Below, piece after piece: positions 24,890 through 32,534 of a stretch of 33,369 nt of DNA. The notes under the pieces are model-generated. The model was not told the DNA's origin. It searched no databases and saw nothing but the letters and a program-made list of their open reading frames with translations. Position 1 is the stretch's first letter. The number at the start of each line of letters is the position of its first letter. Source of the stretch: an uncultured Ruminococcus sp. (GTDB lineage Bacteria; Bacillota; Clostridia; Oscillospirales; CAG-272); assembly GCA_964438725.1 (NCBI GenBank), contig CAYTLG010000002.1, positions 1-33,369 on the forward strand. The letters are read 5' to 3'. The translations under genes and the position numbers were made by a program.

Positions 24890-26014
24890 TTATCTCATTT
24901 CGGAGTCAGCTTTCTTGAGAAGCTCGATTATGCCGAGATGCTGAGGACAGATACCTTCGCAAGCACCGCATTCAACGCACTTGTCTGCTCCGTGACCCTC
25001 TTCACAAAGTCTCTTGTAGTCACCGTTTCCCTGGAGAGGCTCGTTGTAAAGGAAGCGGTTGTTCCAAATAGCGAAGATTCTCGGAATATCAACGCCGTTG
25101 GGACATGGCATACAATAACGACATCCTGTGCATCCTACCTTTGTACGGCTTCTGTATGCTTCACGTACGTTTGCGATAAGCTCTTCTTCTGCGGGAGTCA
25201 TGATTCCTATTTCGCAGCGGTTGAATATCGCAAGGTTATCCTCGCACTGTTCCATAGATGTAACACCTGAGAGAACTGTCGCAACCTCAGGATGATTACA
25301 TAGCCATCTGAATGCCCATTCTACGGGAGAACGCTTTTCAGGGAATGCATCGTAAAGTGCCTGTACGTTGTCGGGAGCCTTTGCAAGCTTACCGCCGAGA
25401 AGTCCTTCCATGATAACTACCGGAATACCCTTTGAACCTGCGTATTCGAGACCCTTCTTTGTAGCCTGGTTTTCAATATCCATGTAGTTGTACTGAATCT
25501 GGCACATATCCCAGTCGTAGGAGTCTACTATATCGATGAACGCATCATAGTTGTCATGGAATGAGAAGCAAGCGTATTTGATTTTACCGGAAGCCTTTGC
25601 TCTTGTAAGGAATTCTCTGATACCGAGGTCACGCACCTTTGCCCATGTATCATGATTGAGTGAATGAACAAGGTAGAAGTCGATGTGGTCAGTTTCGAGA
25701 TTTGCAAGCTGCTCATCAAGAAGTCTATCCATGTCTTCGGGAGTGTGAATATCCCATGTAGGTATCTTTGTTGCAAGGTATACCTTTTCTCTGTAACCGT
25801 CACGGAGAGCATGAGCTACGGCAGCCTCATTGTTTCTTCCTGAATATACATATGCGGTGTCGATGTAGTTTACGCCGTTGTCGATAGCGTGACGGATAAC
25901 GGGAGTGGATATTTCCTCGTTTACCTTACCGTTTTCGAGACAAGGGAATCTCATGCAACCTACGCCGAACGCTGACAGCTCAATACCGAGCTTATTAATC
26001 TTTCTGTACTGCAT
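24890..26014 (-). CDS. aldo/keto reductase with C-terminal 4Fe-4S ferredoxin-type domain
   Basis: 374 aa. AKR N-terminus (MQYRKINKLGIELSAFGVGCMRFP, IDTAYVYSG, LVHSLN). C-terminal Cys clusters CTGCRYCMPCP and CVECGACEGICP. Confidence 0.85.
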   Translation of the reverse strand: MQYRKINKLGIELSAFGVGCMRFPCLENGKVNEEISTPVIRHAIDNGVNYIDTAYVYSGRNNEAAVAHALRDGYREKVYLATKIPTWDIHTPEDMDRLLDEQLANLETDHIDFYLVHSLNHDTWAKVRDLGIREFLTRAKASGKIKYACFSFHDNYDAFIDIVDSYDWDMCQIQYNYMDIENQATKKGLEYAGSKGIPVVIMEGLLGGKLAKAPDNVQALYDAFPEKRSPVEWAFRWLCNHPEVATVLSGVTSMEQCEDNLAIFNRCEIGIMTPAEEELIANVREAYRSRTKVGCTGCRYCMPCPNGVDIPRIFAIWNNRFLYNEPLQGNGDYKRLCEEGHGADKCVECGACEGICPQHLGIIELLKKADSEMR

Positions 26015-26045
26015 TTTCGTTTCCTTTCATGATAGAAGTTAATTC

Positions 26046-26074
26046 ATTATATATCATTGACTAATTCATTTCAA
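26046..26074 (-). promoter_or_regulatory. sigma-A type promoter for the aldo/keto reductase gene
   Basis: On the reverse strand: TTGAAA, 17 nt, TATAAT, about 30 nt upstream of the ATG. Confidence 0.6.
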
Positions 26075-26112
26075 GACGAAAATGTGAATTTTAAAAAAAA
26101 CATCGACAGAAT

Positions 26113-27126
26113 TTAGAAAATATCTTCAACGAATATAGCGTTGGTGTTTGCGTGACAGCCGTGGTCATCAATAACGTCAATACGGAAATATACGTCGTCG
26201 GGTTCTATCTTGAATTTAGCTTCACAAACGCTTTCACCGTAGAATGCTGTTTTGTAAAGTACCTTTCTTCTTCCGCAGAGGTAAGCGATTCTGTGTGCGG
26301 GGGATGTGGTTATGTAAGCGTAGCCATCCTCTACACGGAAAGACTTGATTTCGGGACCTGTGGAGCAGTAGAACTTACCTTCTTCAAGAGCCTTTGTAAT
26401 AGCTTCATATTCGAGCTTTTCTGCGAAGATTGAAACCCAACCGCCGAAGCAGTCACTTGCAGGATTGGTTTCAAAGTTTTCGCCCTTGCCGTGGTTGTCG
26501 TCCGCTGCGATACAGAATATCTTCTTACCCTGGAGCAGGAAGTCATCGTAGCAGTGGCTGTTGTAGTCATCGTAGCCCGCAGCGTAGCAGCCTGTGTTGA
26601 AGATTTCCATTGCATCCATTCCCTCGTAGCCTGAGTAACGGGGATAGTTTTCCATAGACCATGACGGATGGTTGTAGGTTACAAAGAATCCTGCCTCATG
26701 ACCACGCTTCATAATGTCAGATACGCCCTCGTGAGTGTAGTGACGTACATAATCGGTGTCGGGGAGCTTGAGTTCGGGAATGTAATTTCTTGCATTGCCC
26801 CAAACATTGCCCTCAGTTGTGCATACCTGGTTAAGATTGTCTTTTTTCTTTGCTACAAAGCAGATGTGTGCAACGTGAGTTACGCTGTAATCCTTGCAGT
26901 TCGGCTCGTTTGCTTCAAGCTCATATCCGTTCAGAGCTACGAAGTTTTCGTCACAGAGGTCACTGTGGTCGAGAAGTGCGTTGTGGTCAGTGTACGCAAC
27001 TACCGAGTAGCCGTGCTTCATGTAGAGCTGTTTTATCTCCTCCGGTGTGTTCTGTCCATCGGAGATAGTGCTGTGGCAGTGAAGATTTGCCTTGTAGGAT
27101 TTTCCTGAAAGTTCAAAATTTTTCAT
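26113..27126 (-). CDS. PHP-domain metal-dependent phosphoesterase
   Basis: 337 aa. N-terminal ANLHCHSTISDG (HxH) and AYTDHN motifs of the PHP superfamily, then a beta-rich C-terminal region. Starts 13 nt after the pdp stop. Confidence 0.75.
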   Translation of the reverse strand: MKNFELSGKSYKANLHCHSTISDGQNTPEEIKQLYMKHGYSVVAYTDHNALLDHSDLCDENFVALNGYELEANEPNCKDYSVTHVAHICFVAKKKDNLNQVCTTEGNVWGNARNYIPELKLPDTDYVRHYTHEGVSDIMKRGHEAGFFVTYNHPSWSMENYPRYSGYEGMDAMEIFNTGCYAAGYDDYNSHCYDDFLLQGKKIFCIAADDNHGKGENFETNPASDCFGGWVSIFAEKLEYEAITKALEEGKFYCSTGPEIKSFRVEDGYAYITTSPAHRIAYLCGRRKVLYKTAFYGESVCEAKFKIEPDDVYFRIDVIDDHGCHANTNAIFVEDIF

Positions 27127-27139
27127 TTTTGTTCCCTTT

Positions 27140-28435
27140 CTATTTTATAATACCGTATATCAGCGGTAATTTATCAGGTTCTGTATCAGAATATTTTATC
27201 GACGAGAGAAGTATTTTTTCACCCTCATCGAGTTTTGCTTTACTTGATGAATAAAGTATGGCTATGACCTCGCTTTTATCCGTATGTTCGCCCGTGTTTT
27301 TCTTTAGAACTATTCCGGCTCCAAGGTCTATTGTGTCGCTTTTGCTTATTCTTCCGGCACCGAGAACACAGGCAGCATGACCTACGACCTCTGCGTCAAT
27401 GTGGGAGATGTAGCCGTCACACGGAGCCTCTACTTCTCTTGTGTACGGTGCAATGGGAAGGGCGTTGTTTTCGAGCTGTTTTATGTCACCACCCTGAGCA
27501 GATATCCACTCAAGCATTTTTTCGTATGCTTTACCTGATTCAAGTACAGCAGTGGCTTGCATTAGTGAGTAGTTGTGGTCTTTGCCGTATGCGAGCGAGT
27601 ACATTTCTGCCGCAAGCTCAAGGCATAATGTGCGTAGGTCACCTTTTTCTTCGTTACGCAGAATACGTACAGCTTCGAGAACCTCAAGCGAGTTTCCGAT
27701 AGAATGTCCGAGAGGTCTGTCCATGTTCGTTATAAGTGCGGAAACGTGCCTGTCGTTCATTTTGCCTATCTTTACCATCTCACGTGCAAGCTCTTCCGCA
27801 TCTGTCGGAGTTTTCATGAAAGCACCGCTTCCACATTTTACGTCGAGAACGATGTTTTCAGCACCTGCCGCCAACTTTTTTGACATTATACTCGATACGA
27901 TAAGCGGAAGTGAATCTACGGTTGCCGTTACATCACGCAGAGCATACAGCTTTTTGTCGGCAGGAGTCAGGTTTCCAGTTTGACCGATAACCGCTATGCC
28001 TATACGCTTTACTTGTGCGAGAAATTCTTCTTCCGTAAGGGAGGTTCTGTAACCTGAGATAGATTCGAGTTTGTCTATCGTACCGCCTGTGTGACCAAGC
28101 CCACGTCCCGACATTTTAGCAACACTGAGTCCGAGAGCCGCTGCAATAGGAGCTACGATAAGGGTGGTTTTGTCACCGACTCCACCTGTGCTGTGCTTAT
28201 CAGCCGTGTTTTTAAGTGACGATAGGTCGATTTTGTCACCGGAATCCGTTATGCAGCGTGTCAGTGCGGAGGTTTCACGTTCGTTCATTCCGGTGAAGCA
28301 TACCGCCATGCACAAAGCCGCAGCCTGATAATCGGGAATATCTCCATTTGTGAATCCGTCAATGAAGAACTTTATCTCAGAATCGGTAAGCTCCTCACCG
28401 TGACGCTTTTTCAGAATTATATCGTACATCCGCAT
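27140..28435 (-). CDS. pdp: pyrimidine-nucleoside (thymidine) phosphorylase
   Basis: 431 aa. MRMYDIILKKRHGEELTDSEI..., the phosphate-binding DKHSTGGVGDKT motif, and full-length family architecture. Confidence 0.92.
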   Translation of the reverse strand: MRMYDIILKKRHGEELTDSEIKFFIDGFTNGDIPDYQAAALCMAVCFTGMNERETSALTRCITDSGDKIDLSSLKNTADKHSTGGVGDKTTLIVAPIAAALGLSVAKMSGRGLGHTGGTIDKLESISGYRTSLTEEEFLAQVKRIGIAVIGQTGNLTPADKKLYALRDVTATVDSLPLIVSSIMSKKLAAGAENIVLDVKCGSGAFMKTPTDAEELAREMVKIGKMNDRHVSALITNMDRPLGHSIGNSLEVLEAVRILRNEEKGDLRTLCLELAAEMYSLAYGKDHNYSLMQATAVLESGKAYEKMLEWISAQGGDIKQLENNALPIAPYTREVEAPCDGYISHIDAEVVGHAACVLGAGRISKSDTIDLGAGIVLKKNTGEHTDKSEVIAILYSSSKAKLDEGEKILLSSIKYSDTEPDKLPLIYGIIK

Positions 28436-28453
28436 AGCACTACCTCCGATAAT

Positions 28454-28858
28454 TTAAGATAAATCGAGTGGAGAGAAAGAGAATGGCAGAAGCTCGGCAA
28501 GTGTATGCTCCTCAACTGTCTCTCCGTTGTGGAATACTAATGTAAAATCGTCCGTACAGAATTCACGCATAACCTGTCGGCAAACTCCGCACGGATATGT
28601 GAATGAGGTAATGACTCCGTTTTTGCCGCCGACTATCGCTATTTTGTCAAATTCACGCACACCGTCACGCACGGCAGAGAAGAATGCCACTCTTTCGGCA
28701 CATATAGTCGGTGTATATGAAGCGTTTTCTATGTTGCATCCCGTGTAGACACGACCGTCCTTTGTCAGAAGTGCGGCACCTACCTTAAATCCCGAATACG
28801 GTGCATATGCGTTTTTCATTGCTTCTTTTGCAAGTGCGATAAGGTGTTCAGAGTTCAT
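28454..28858 (-). CDS. cdd: cytidine deaminase (homotetrameric type)
   Basis: Start trimmed to the ATG at 28858 (GGAGGG RBS; MNSEHLIALAKEAMKNAYAPYSGF...). Zinc motifs CAERVA and PCGVCRQ. The track ORF extends 22 Arg/Cys-rich codons into the upstream gene. Confidence 0.9.
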   Translation of the reverse strand: MNSEHLIALAKEAMKNAYAPYSGFKVGAALLTKDGRVYTGCNIENASYTPTICAERVAFFSAVRDGVREFDKIAIVGGKNGVITSFTYPCGVCRQVMREFCTDDFTLVFHNGETVEEHTLAELLPFSFSPLDLS

Positions 28859-28869
28859 ATTCCCTCCGT

Positions 28870-30006
28870 TTAGTCGTCGTTTTCGTCTTTTTCGTACAGA
28901 GCCGCAACAACATCGTCCTCGCATATTTTCATCAGGTCATCACGTGACACGCTTTCAAGTGCTGCGATACGGTTTGCCTGCTCGGTAAGGATTTTCTCAA
29001 ACGTGTTGCGGACTCCTCTTGCGTTACCGAATTCTCCTGCTCCCTCGGAAACAAGTGTGAAGTATTCCTTGATTTTGTCCTCTGCGGAAGTGTCGAGAAT
29101 GTAACAGCTCTTTTTGCAGTTTAGCTTGAATATTGAGAACATTTCATCGGCTGTGTAGTCGGCGAAGTCTATGTATTTGTTGAAGCGTGAACGTAGACCC
29201 GGATTTGAGTCTATAAACTGCTCCATGAGGTCTGTATATCCTGCCACAATCACTACAAGATCGGCACGATTGTCTTCCATTGCTTTGAGAATGGTGTCAA
29301 CTGCCTCGTAACCGAAGTCGTTTTCGGTTTTTGATGTGAGCGTGTATGCTTCATCTATGAAAAGTACACCACCCATAGCACTTTCAAGTACCTTTGAGGT
29401 CTTTATTGCGGTCTGACCGATGTATCCGGCAACAAGTCCGCTTCTGTCAACCTCAGTAAGAGTTCCCTTTGAAAGAAGTCCCAGTGAATGATATACTCTT
29501 GCCATGAAGCGTGCTATCATTGTCTTGCCTGTTCCGGGATATCCCGAAAAAACAAGGTGCAGTGACATATCGGGATTCGGCAGGTCGTTGTCAATGCGAA
29601 GCTTATATACGGTCGCCATGTTTATTAGATTTTTGACTTCCTTTTTAACTTCATCCAGTCCGATATAGGAGTCAAGCTCCTTTTTTAAATCCTCTATGTT
29701 TTCCTTTGGTGGAATTTCTTCTTCTTCAGAAGTAGGTGGAGTTACGGTTGCACCATCCGATGCCTTTGTAAGGTCGTTTTTTGCCGAGTTTACAGCTACT
29801 GAACTGTTTGAGGATTCAACCCTTGTCGGAGTCTGTGCGGTTGGCTTGGCGTTTTTTGATGTCGTGTCTGTGTTAACACTTCTTGAAGCCCCCCAGATAT
29901 CGTCGCTCAGTCTGCGGATATTGTTTTCGGTCATTTTTCGGATAAGCTCAAGCTGTGCGGATATTATCTCGTCTTTTTTTTCGGAATTTGTTTTGTTGTC
30001 TATCAT
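28870..30006 (-). CDS. SpoVK/CbbX-type AAA+ ATPase with disordered N-terminal region
   Basis: 378 aa. Walker A GYPGTGKT, Walker B VLFIDEAY, and GLRSRF. The first 100 aa or so are S/T/P/E-rich. Start lies 1 nt after the fucU stop. Confidence 0.85.
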   Translation of the reverse strand: MIDNKTNSEKKDEIISAQLELIRKMTENNIRRLSDDIWGASRSVNTDTTSKNAKPTAQTPTRVESSNSSVAVNSAKNDLTKASDGATVTPPTSEEEEIPPKENIEDLKKELDSYIGLDEVKKEVKNLINMATVYKLRIDNDLPNPDMSLHLVFSGYPGTGKTMIARFMARVYHSLGLLSKGTLTEVDRSGLVAGYIGQTAIKTSKVLESAMGGVLFIDEAYTLTSKTENDFGYEAVDTILKAMEDNRADLVVIVAGYTDLMEQFIDSNPGLRSRFNKYIDFADYTADEMFSIFKLNCKKSCYILDTSAEDKIKEYFTLVSEGAGEFGNARGVRNTFEKILTEQANRIAALESVSRDDLMKICEDDVVAALYEKDENDD

Positions 30007-30007
30007 T

Positions 30008-30430
30008 TTATTTAACTACGCCTTTTTTCAGAATTACGTTTGCGTAAATTGCACTTTCGCCTGTTACAACTACCGCATATGCCTTTTTTGCCCTTTCGTA
30101 AAACTCAAATCTTTCGAGAAATACGGGTTCTTTGTCGGTGTACTGTCCTGCTATCTTTTTGTATTCTTCCCATATCGGAATGTCGAGGTAACGGTCTTTT
30201 TCCGTCTTATCCATGAGATATACATTGTTGTCGTATTCATCGAGAGGGAAAAGCTCAAGTACGGCACTCATAAGCTCAGGAACACCGCAGGCATCGGAAC
30301 GAAGCACGATTCTGCCTATACTTTCACCGGGAAAATTGCCGTCGGAGAAAACTATTTCGTCTCCGTGTCCCATTTTGTTGAGAATCATAAGAAGTTCGGG
30401 AGAGATTATCTTGTTTATTCCTTTAAGCAT
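30008..30430 (-). CDS. fucU: RbsD/FucU family mutarotase (FucU-like)
   Basis: MLKGINKIISPELLMILNKMGHGDEIVFSDGNFP and ...FYERAKKAYAVVVTGESAIYANVILKKGV closely parallel FucU. I prefer ATG 30430 (GGAGG RBS) over the track ATG at 30448. Confidence 0.85.
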   Translation of the reverse strand: MLKGINKIISPELLMILNKMGHGDEIVFSDGNFPGESIGRIVLRSDACGVPELMSAVLELFPLDEYDNNVYLMDKTEKDRYLDIPIWEEYKKIAGQYTDKEPVFLERFEFYERAKKAYAVVVTGESAIYANVILKKGVVK

Positions 30431-30477
30431 AACAGCCTCCATCAGCATTTGTTACAGTAATATAGTAGTGTAGTTAC

Positions 30478-30506
30478 ATTTTAGCATAGCTATGCACAAA
30501 AATCAA
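30478..30506 (-). promoter_or_regulatory. sigma-A type promoter for the fucU-AAA-cdd-pdp-PHP operon
   Basis: On the reverse strand: TTGATT, 17 nt, TAAAAT with TG-n. The spacer contains the perfect 12-bp palindrome GCATAGCTATGC (30484-30495). Confidence 0.55.
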
Positions 30507-30542
30507 TAGATATATTAAACCTGCGAATTATGTAAAATCATG

Positions 30543-30571
30543 TTGACAATTTTAAAAAATATAGGTATAAT
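30543..30571 (+). promoter_or_regulatory. consensus sigma-A promoter for the ABC exporter gene
   Basis: Exact TTGACA (30543-30548), 17 nt, TATAAT (30566-30571). AGGAG RBS 8 nt before the ATG at 30605. Confidence 0.7.
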
Positions 30572-30604
30572 TTAAGTATTACGATTTATTCAGGAGAAAA
30601 CACA

Positions 30605-32353
30605 ATGCTAAAAAGATTTATGGCTTACTACAAGCCACATAAGCTCGTGTTCGCACTCGATATGCTGTCATCCCTTGGTGTTGCCATCATTGGTATAGTA
30701 TATCCTATGGTCACACGAACTATGCTCAACGACCTCATACCGAACCGTAACTATCGCATGGTCGTTATTTTCGGTATGACATTACTTATGCTATATGCGA
30801 TGAAGATGGGGCTGAACTACTTCATCCAGTATGCAGGTCACGTTATGGGTGTAAAAATGCAGGCTCAAATGAGACGTGATATGTTTGAACACCTTGAAAA
30901 GCTCCCGTACAGCTTCTACGATAACCATGAGACCGGTAAAATAATGTCACGTATGACAAACGACCTTATGGATATAAGTGAGCTTGCACACCACGGTCCT
31001 GAGAATATCATAATATCGACCCTTTCCGTGGTTCTTTCCTTTGTTTATCTGGCAAGCATCAACATTTACCTCACACTCATCATTTTCTGTGCAGTACCGC
31101 TTCTTCTTGTAATAGCTATGTTCCTCAGAAAAAAGATGCGTCAGGCTTTTACAGATTCACGTAAGTCCGTTGCCGTAATCAATGCCGCACTTGAAAGCAG
31201 TATCTCAGGTATCAGAGTTACAAAGGCGTTCACAAATGCGGATAAGGAATCCGAAAAGTTTGAAGAGGGTAATGAGTCTTTCGTTAAGGCGAGAAGTGAA
31301 GCATATCAGGCTATGGGTCAGTTTCAATCCGGTACAACATTTGTAACAGATGTGTTCAACGTAATTGTACTTATCGCAGGCGGCTTCTTCCTTTATAACG
31401 GAAAGATATCGTTCGGTGACTATTCCGCATTCGTTGTATCTGTAAATATGTTTATTTCTCCCGTTATGACGCTCATAAACTTCATGGAGCAGTATCAGAA
31501 CGGTGTAACAGGCTTTGAAAGATTCATCGAGATAATAGACGAAGAGCCCGAAGCAGACTCTCCGAATGCTGTCGATATCGGTGATGTAAAGGGTCATATC
31601 GAAATTAAGGATGTTTCCTATGCCTATACAGCTGAGGAATGCGAGGAAGAAAAGGAAGTTATTGACCACCTTTCACTTGATATAAAGCAGGGTGAAACCT
31701 TTGCTCTTGTAGGTCCGTCAGGTGGAGGAAAAACTACACTATGTCACCTCATCCCGCATTTCTATGATATCAAAAAGGGTCAGATACTTATTGACGGTCA
31801 TGATATCCACGACGTAACTATGGAGTCTCTCAGACGTAATATCGGTATCGTTCAGCAGGATATATACCTCTTTAATGCAAGTATAAAGGAAAATATCCTC
31901 TACGGCAGACTTGATGCGACAGACGAGGAAGTTATAGAGGCGGCAAAGCGTGCGAATATCCACGATTACATTATGACTCTCGAAAACGGCTATGCAACCG
32001 TGATAGGCGAGCGTGGTGTTCGTCTCTCCGGCGGTCAGAAGCAGAGATTATCTATCGCACGTGTATTCCTCAAGAATCCTCCGATACTCATTCTGGACGA
32101 AGCTACAAGTGCTCTTGACAACACAACCGAGATACTTATCCAGAAGTCGCTTGATGACCTTTGTAAGGGCAGAACGACCCTTGTGGTGGCTCACAGACTC
32201 TCCACAATAAAGAATGCGGATGAGATAGCCGTTATATCCGAGGGTAAAATCGCAGAGCAGGGAAGCCATGAACAGCTTATGGCAAAGGGTGGTATCTACT
32301 CCGACCTTTATAAGCTCCAGTTCCGTGCAAACACAGGCGAGGATATCGCATAA
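30605..32353 (+). CDS. type-I ABC exporter, fused permease/ATPase (MsbA/multidrug-like half transporter)
   Basis: 582 aa. Six-TM N-terminal domain, then Walker A GPSGGGKTT, signature LSGGQKQR, Walker B ILILDEATSALD, H-loop VVAHRLS. Confidence 0.9.
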   Translation: MLKRFMAYYKPHKLVFALDMLSSLGVAIIGIVYPMVTRTMLNDLIPNRNYRMVVIFGMTLLMLYAMKMGLNYFIQYAGHVMGVKMQAQMRRDMFEHLEKLPYSFYDNHETGKIMSRMTNDLMDISELAHHGPENIIISTLSVVLSFVYLASINIYLTLIIFCAVPLLLVIAMFLRKKMRQAFTDSRKSVAVINAALESSISGIRVTKAFTNADKESEKFEEGNESFVKARSEAYQAMGQFQSGTTFVTDVFNVIVLIAGGFFLYNGKISFGDYSAFVVSVNMFISPVMTLINFMEQYQNGVTGFERFIEIIDEEPEADSPNAVDIGDVKGHIEIKDVSYAYTAEECEEEKEVIDHLSLDIKQGETFALVGPSGGGKTTLCHLIPHFYDIKKGQILIDGHDIHDVTMESLRRNIGIVQQDIYLFNASIKENILYGRLDATDEEVIEAAKRANIHDYIMTLENGYATVIGERGVRLSGGQKQRLSIARVFLKNPPILILDEATSALDNTTEILIQKSLDDLCKGRTTLVVAHRLSTIKNADEIAVISEGKIAEQGSHEQLMAKGGIYSDLYKLQFRANTGEDIA

Positions 32354-32380
32354 TTTTAAAAAATTAAAACAGCATAACAA

Positions 32381-32425
32381 AGATGGGAAGTACATGACAC
32401 AAATCATGTTGCTTCCCATTTTTTA
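32381..32425 (+). terminator. intrinsic terminator after the ABC exporter gene
   Basis: Stem AGATGGGAAG / CTTCCCATTT with inner CATGA / TCATG pairing, followed by a T-run. Confidence 0.8.
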
Positions 32426-32488
32426 TATGTAATTTCTTTATATTTGTTTGTCAAAAAGTGAATATATATGGATTTTTCGGTAGAAATA

Positions 32489-32497
32489 TGGTATAAT
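32489..32497 (+). promoter_or_regulatory. extended -10 promoter for the terminal ORF
   Basis: TGgTATAAT at 32489-32497, about 38 nt upstream of the ATG at 32535. Confidence 0.5.
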
Positions 32498-32534
32498 ACA
32501 TTCTAGAACATATTTTAAGAAGGGAGGTGTCGGA

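Noticed and set aside
27140-28858. Possibility that cdd/pdp form a nucleotide-depleting anti-phage module
   Set aside because: Both proteins have canonical housekeeping length and motifs. They sit in a salvage-type operon with a sugar mutarotase. There are no neighbouring mobile, restriction or other defence genes.
28859-28924. 22-codon N-terminal extension of the cdd ORF (MRGRCCCGSVRKRRKRRLNGGN)
   Set aside because: It overlaps the 3' end of the AAA+ gene and is Arg/Cys-rich junk. The internal ATG at 28858 has a GGAGGG RBS and yields the canonical Cdd N-terminus.
29696-30460. 254-aa plus-strand ORF antisense to the AAA+ N-terminus and fucU
   Set aside because: It spans two real, motif-bearing minus-strand genes and their junction. 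The product is Phe/Ser/Val-rich with no recognisable motif. Over fucU it is codon-aligned, so it is a shadow ORF.
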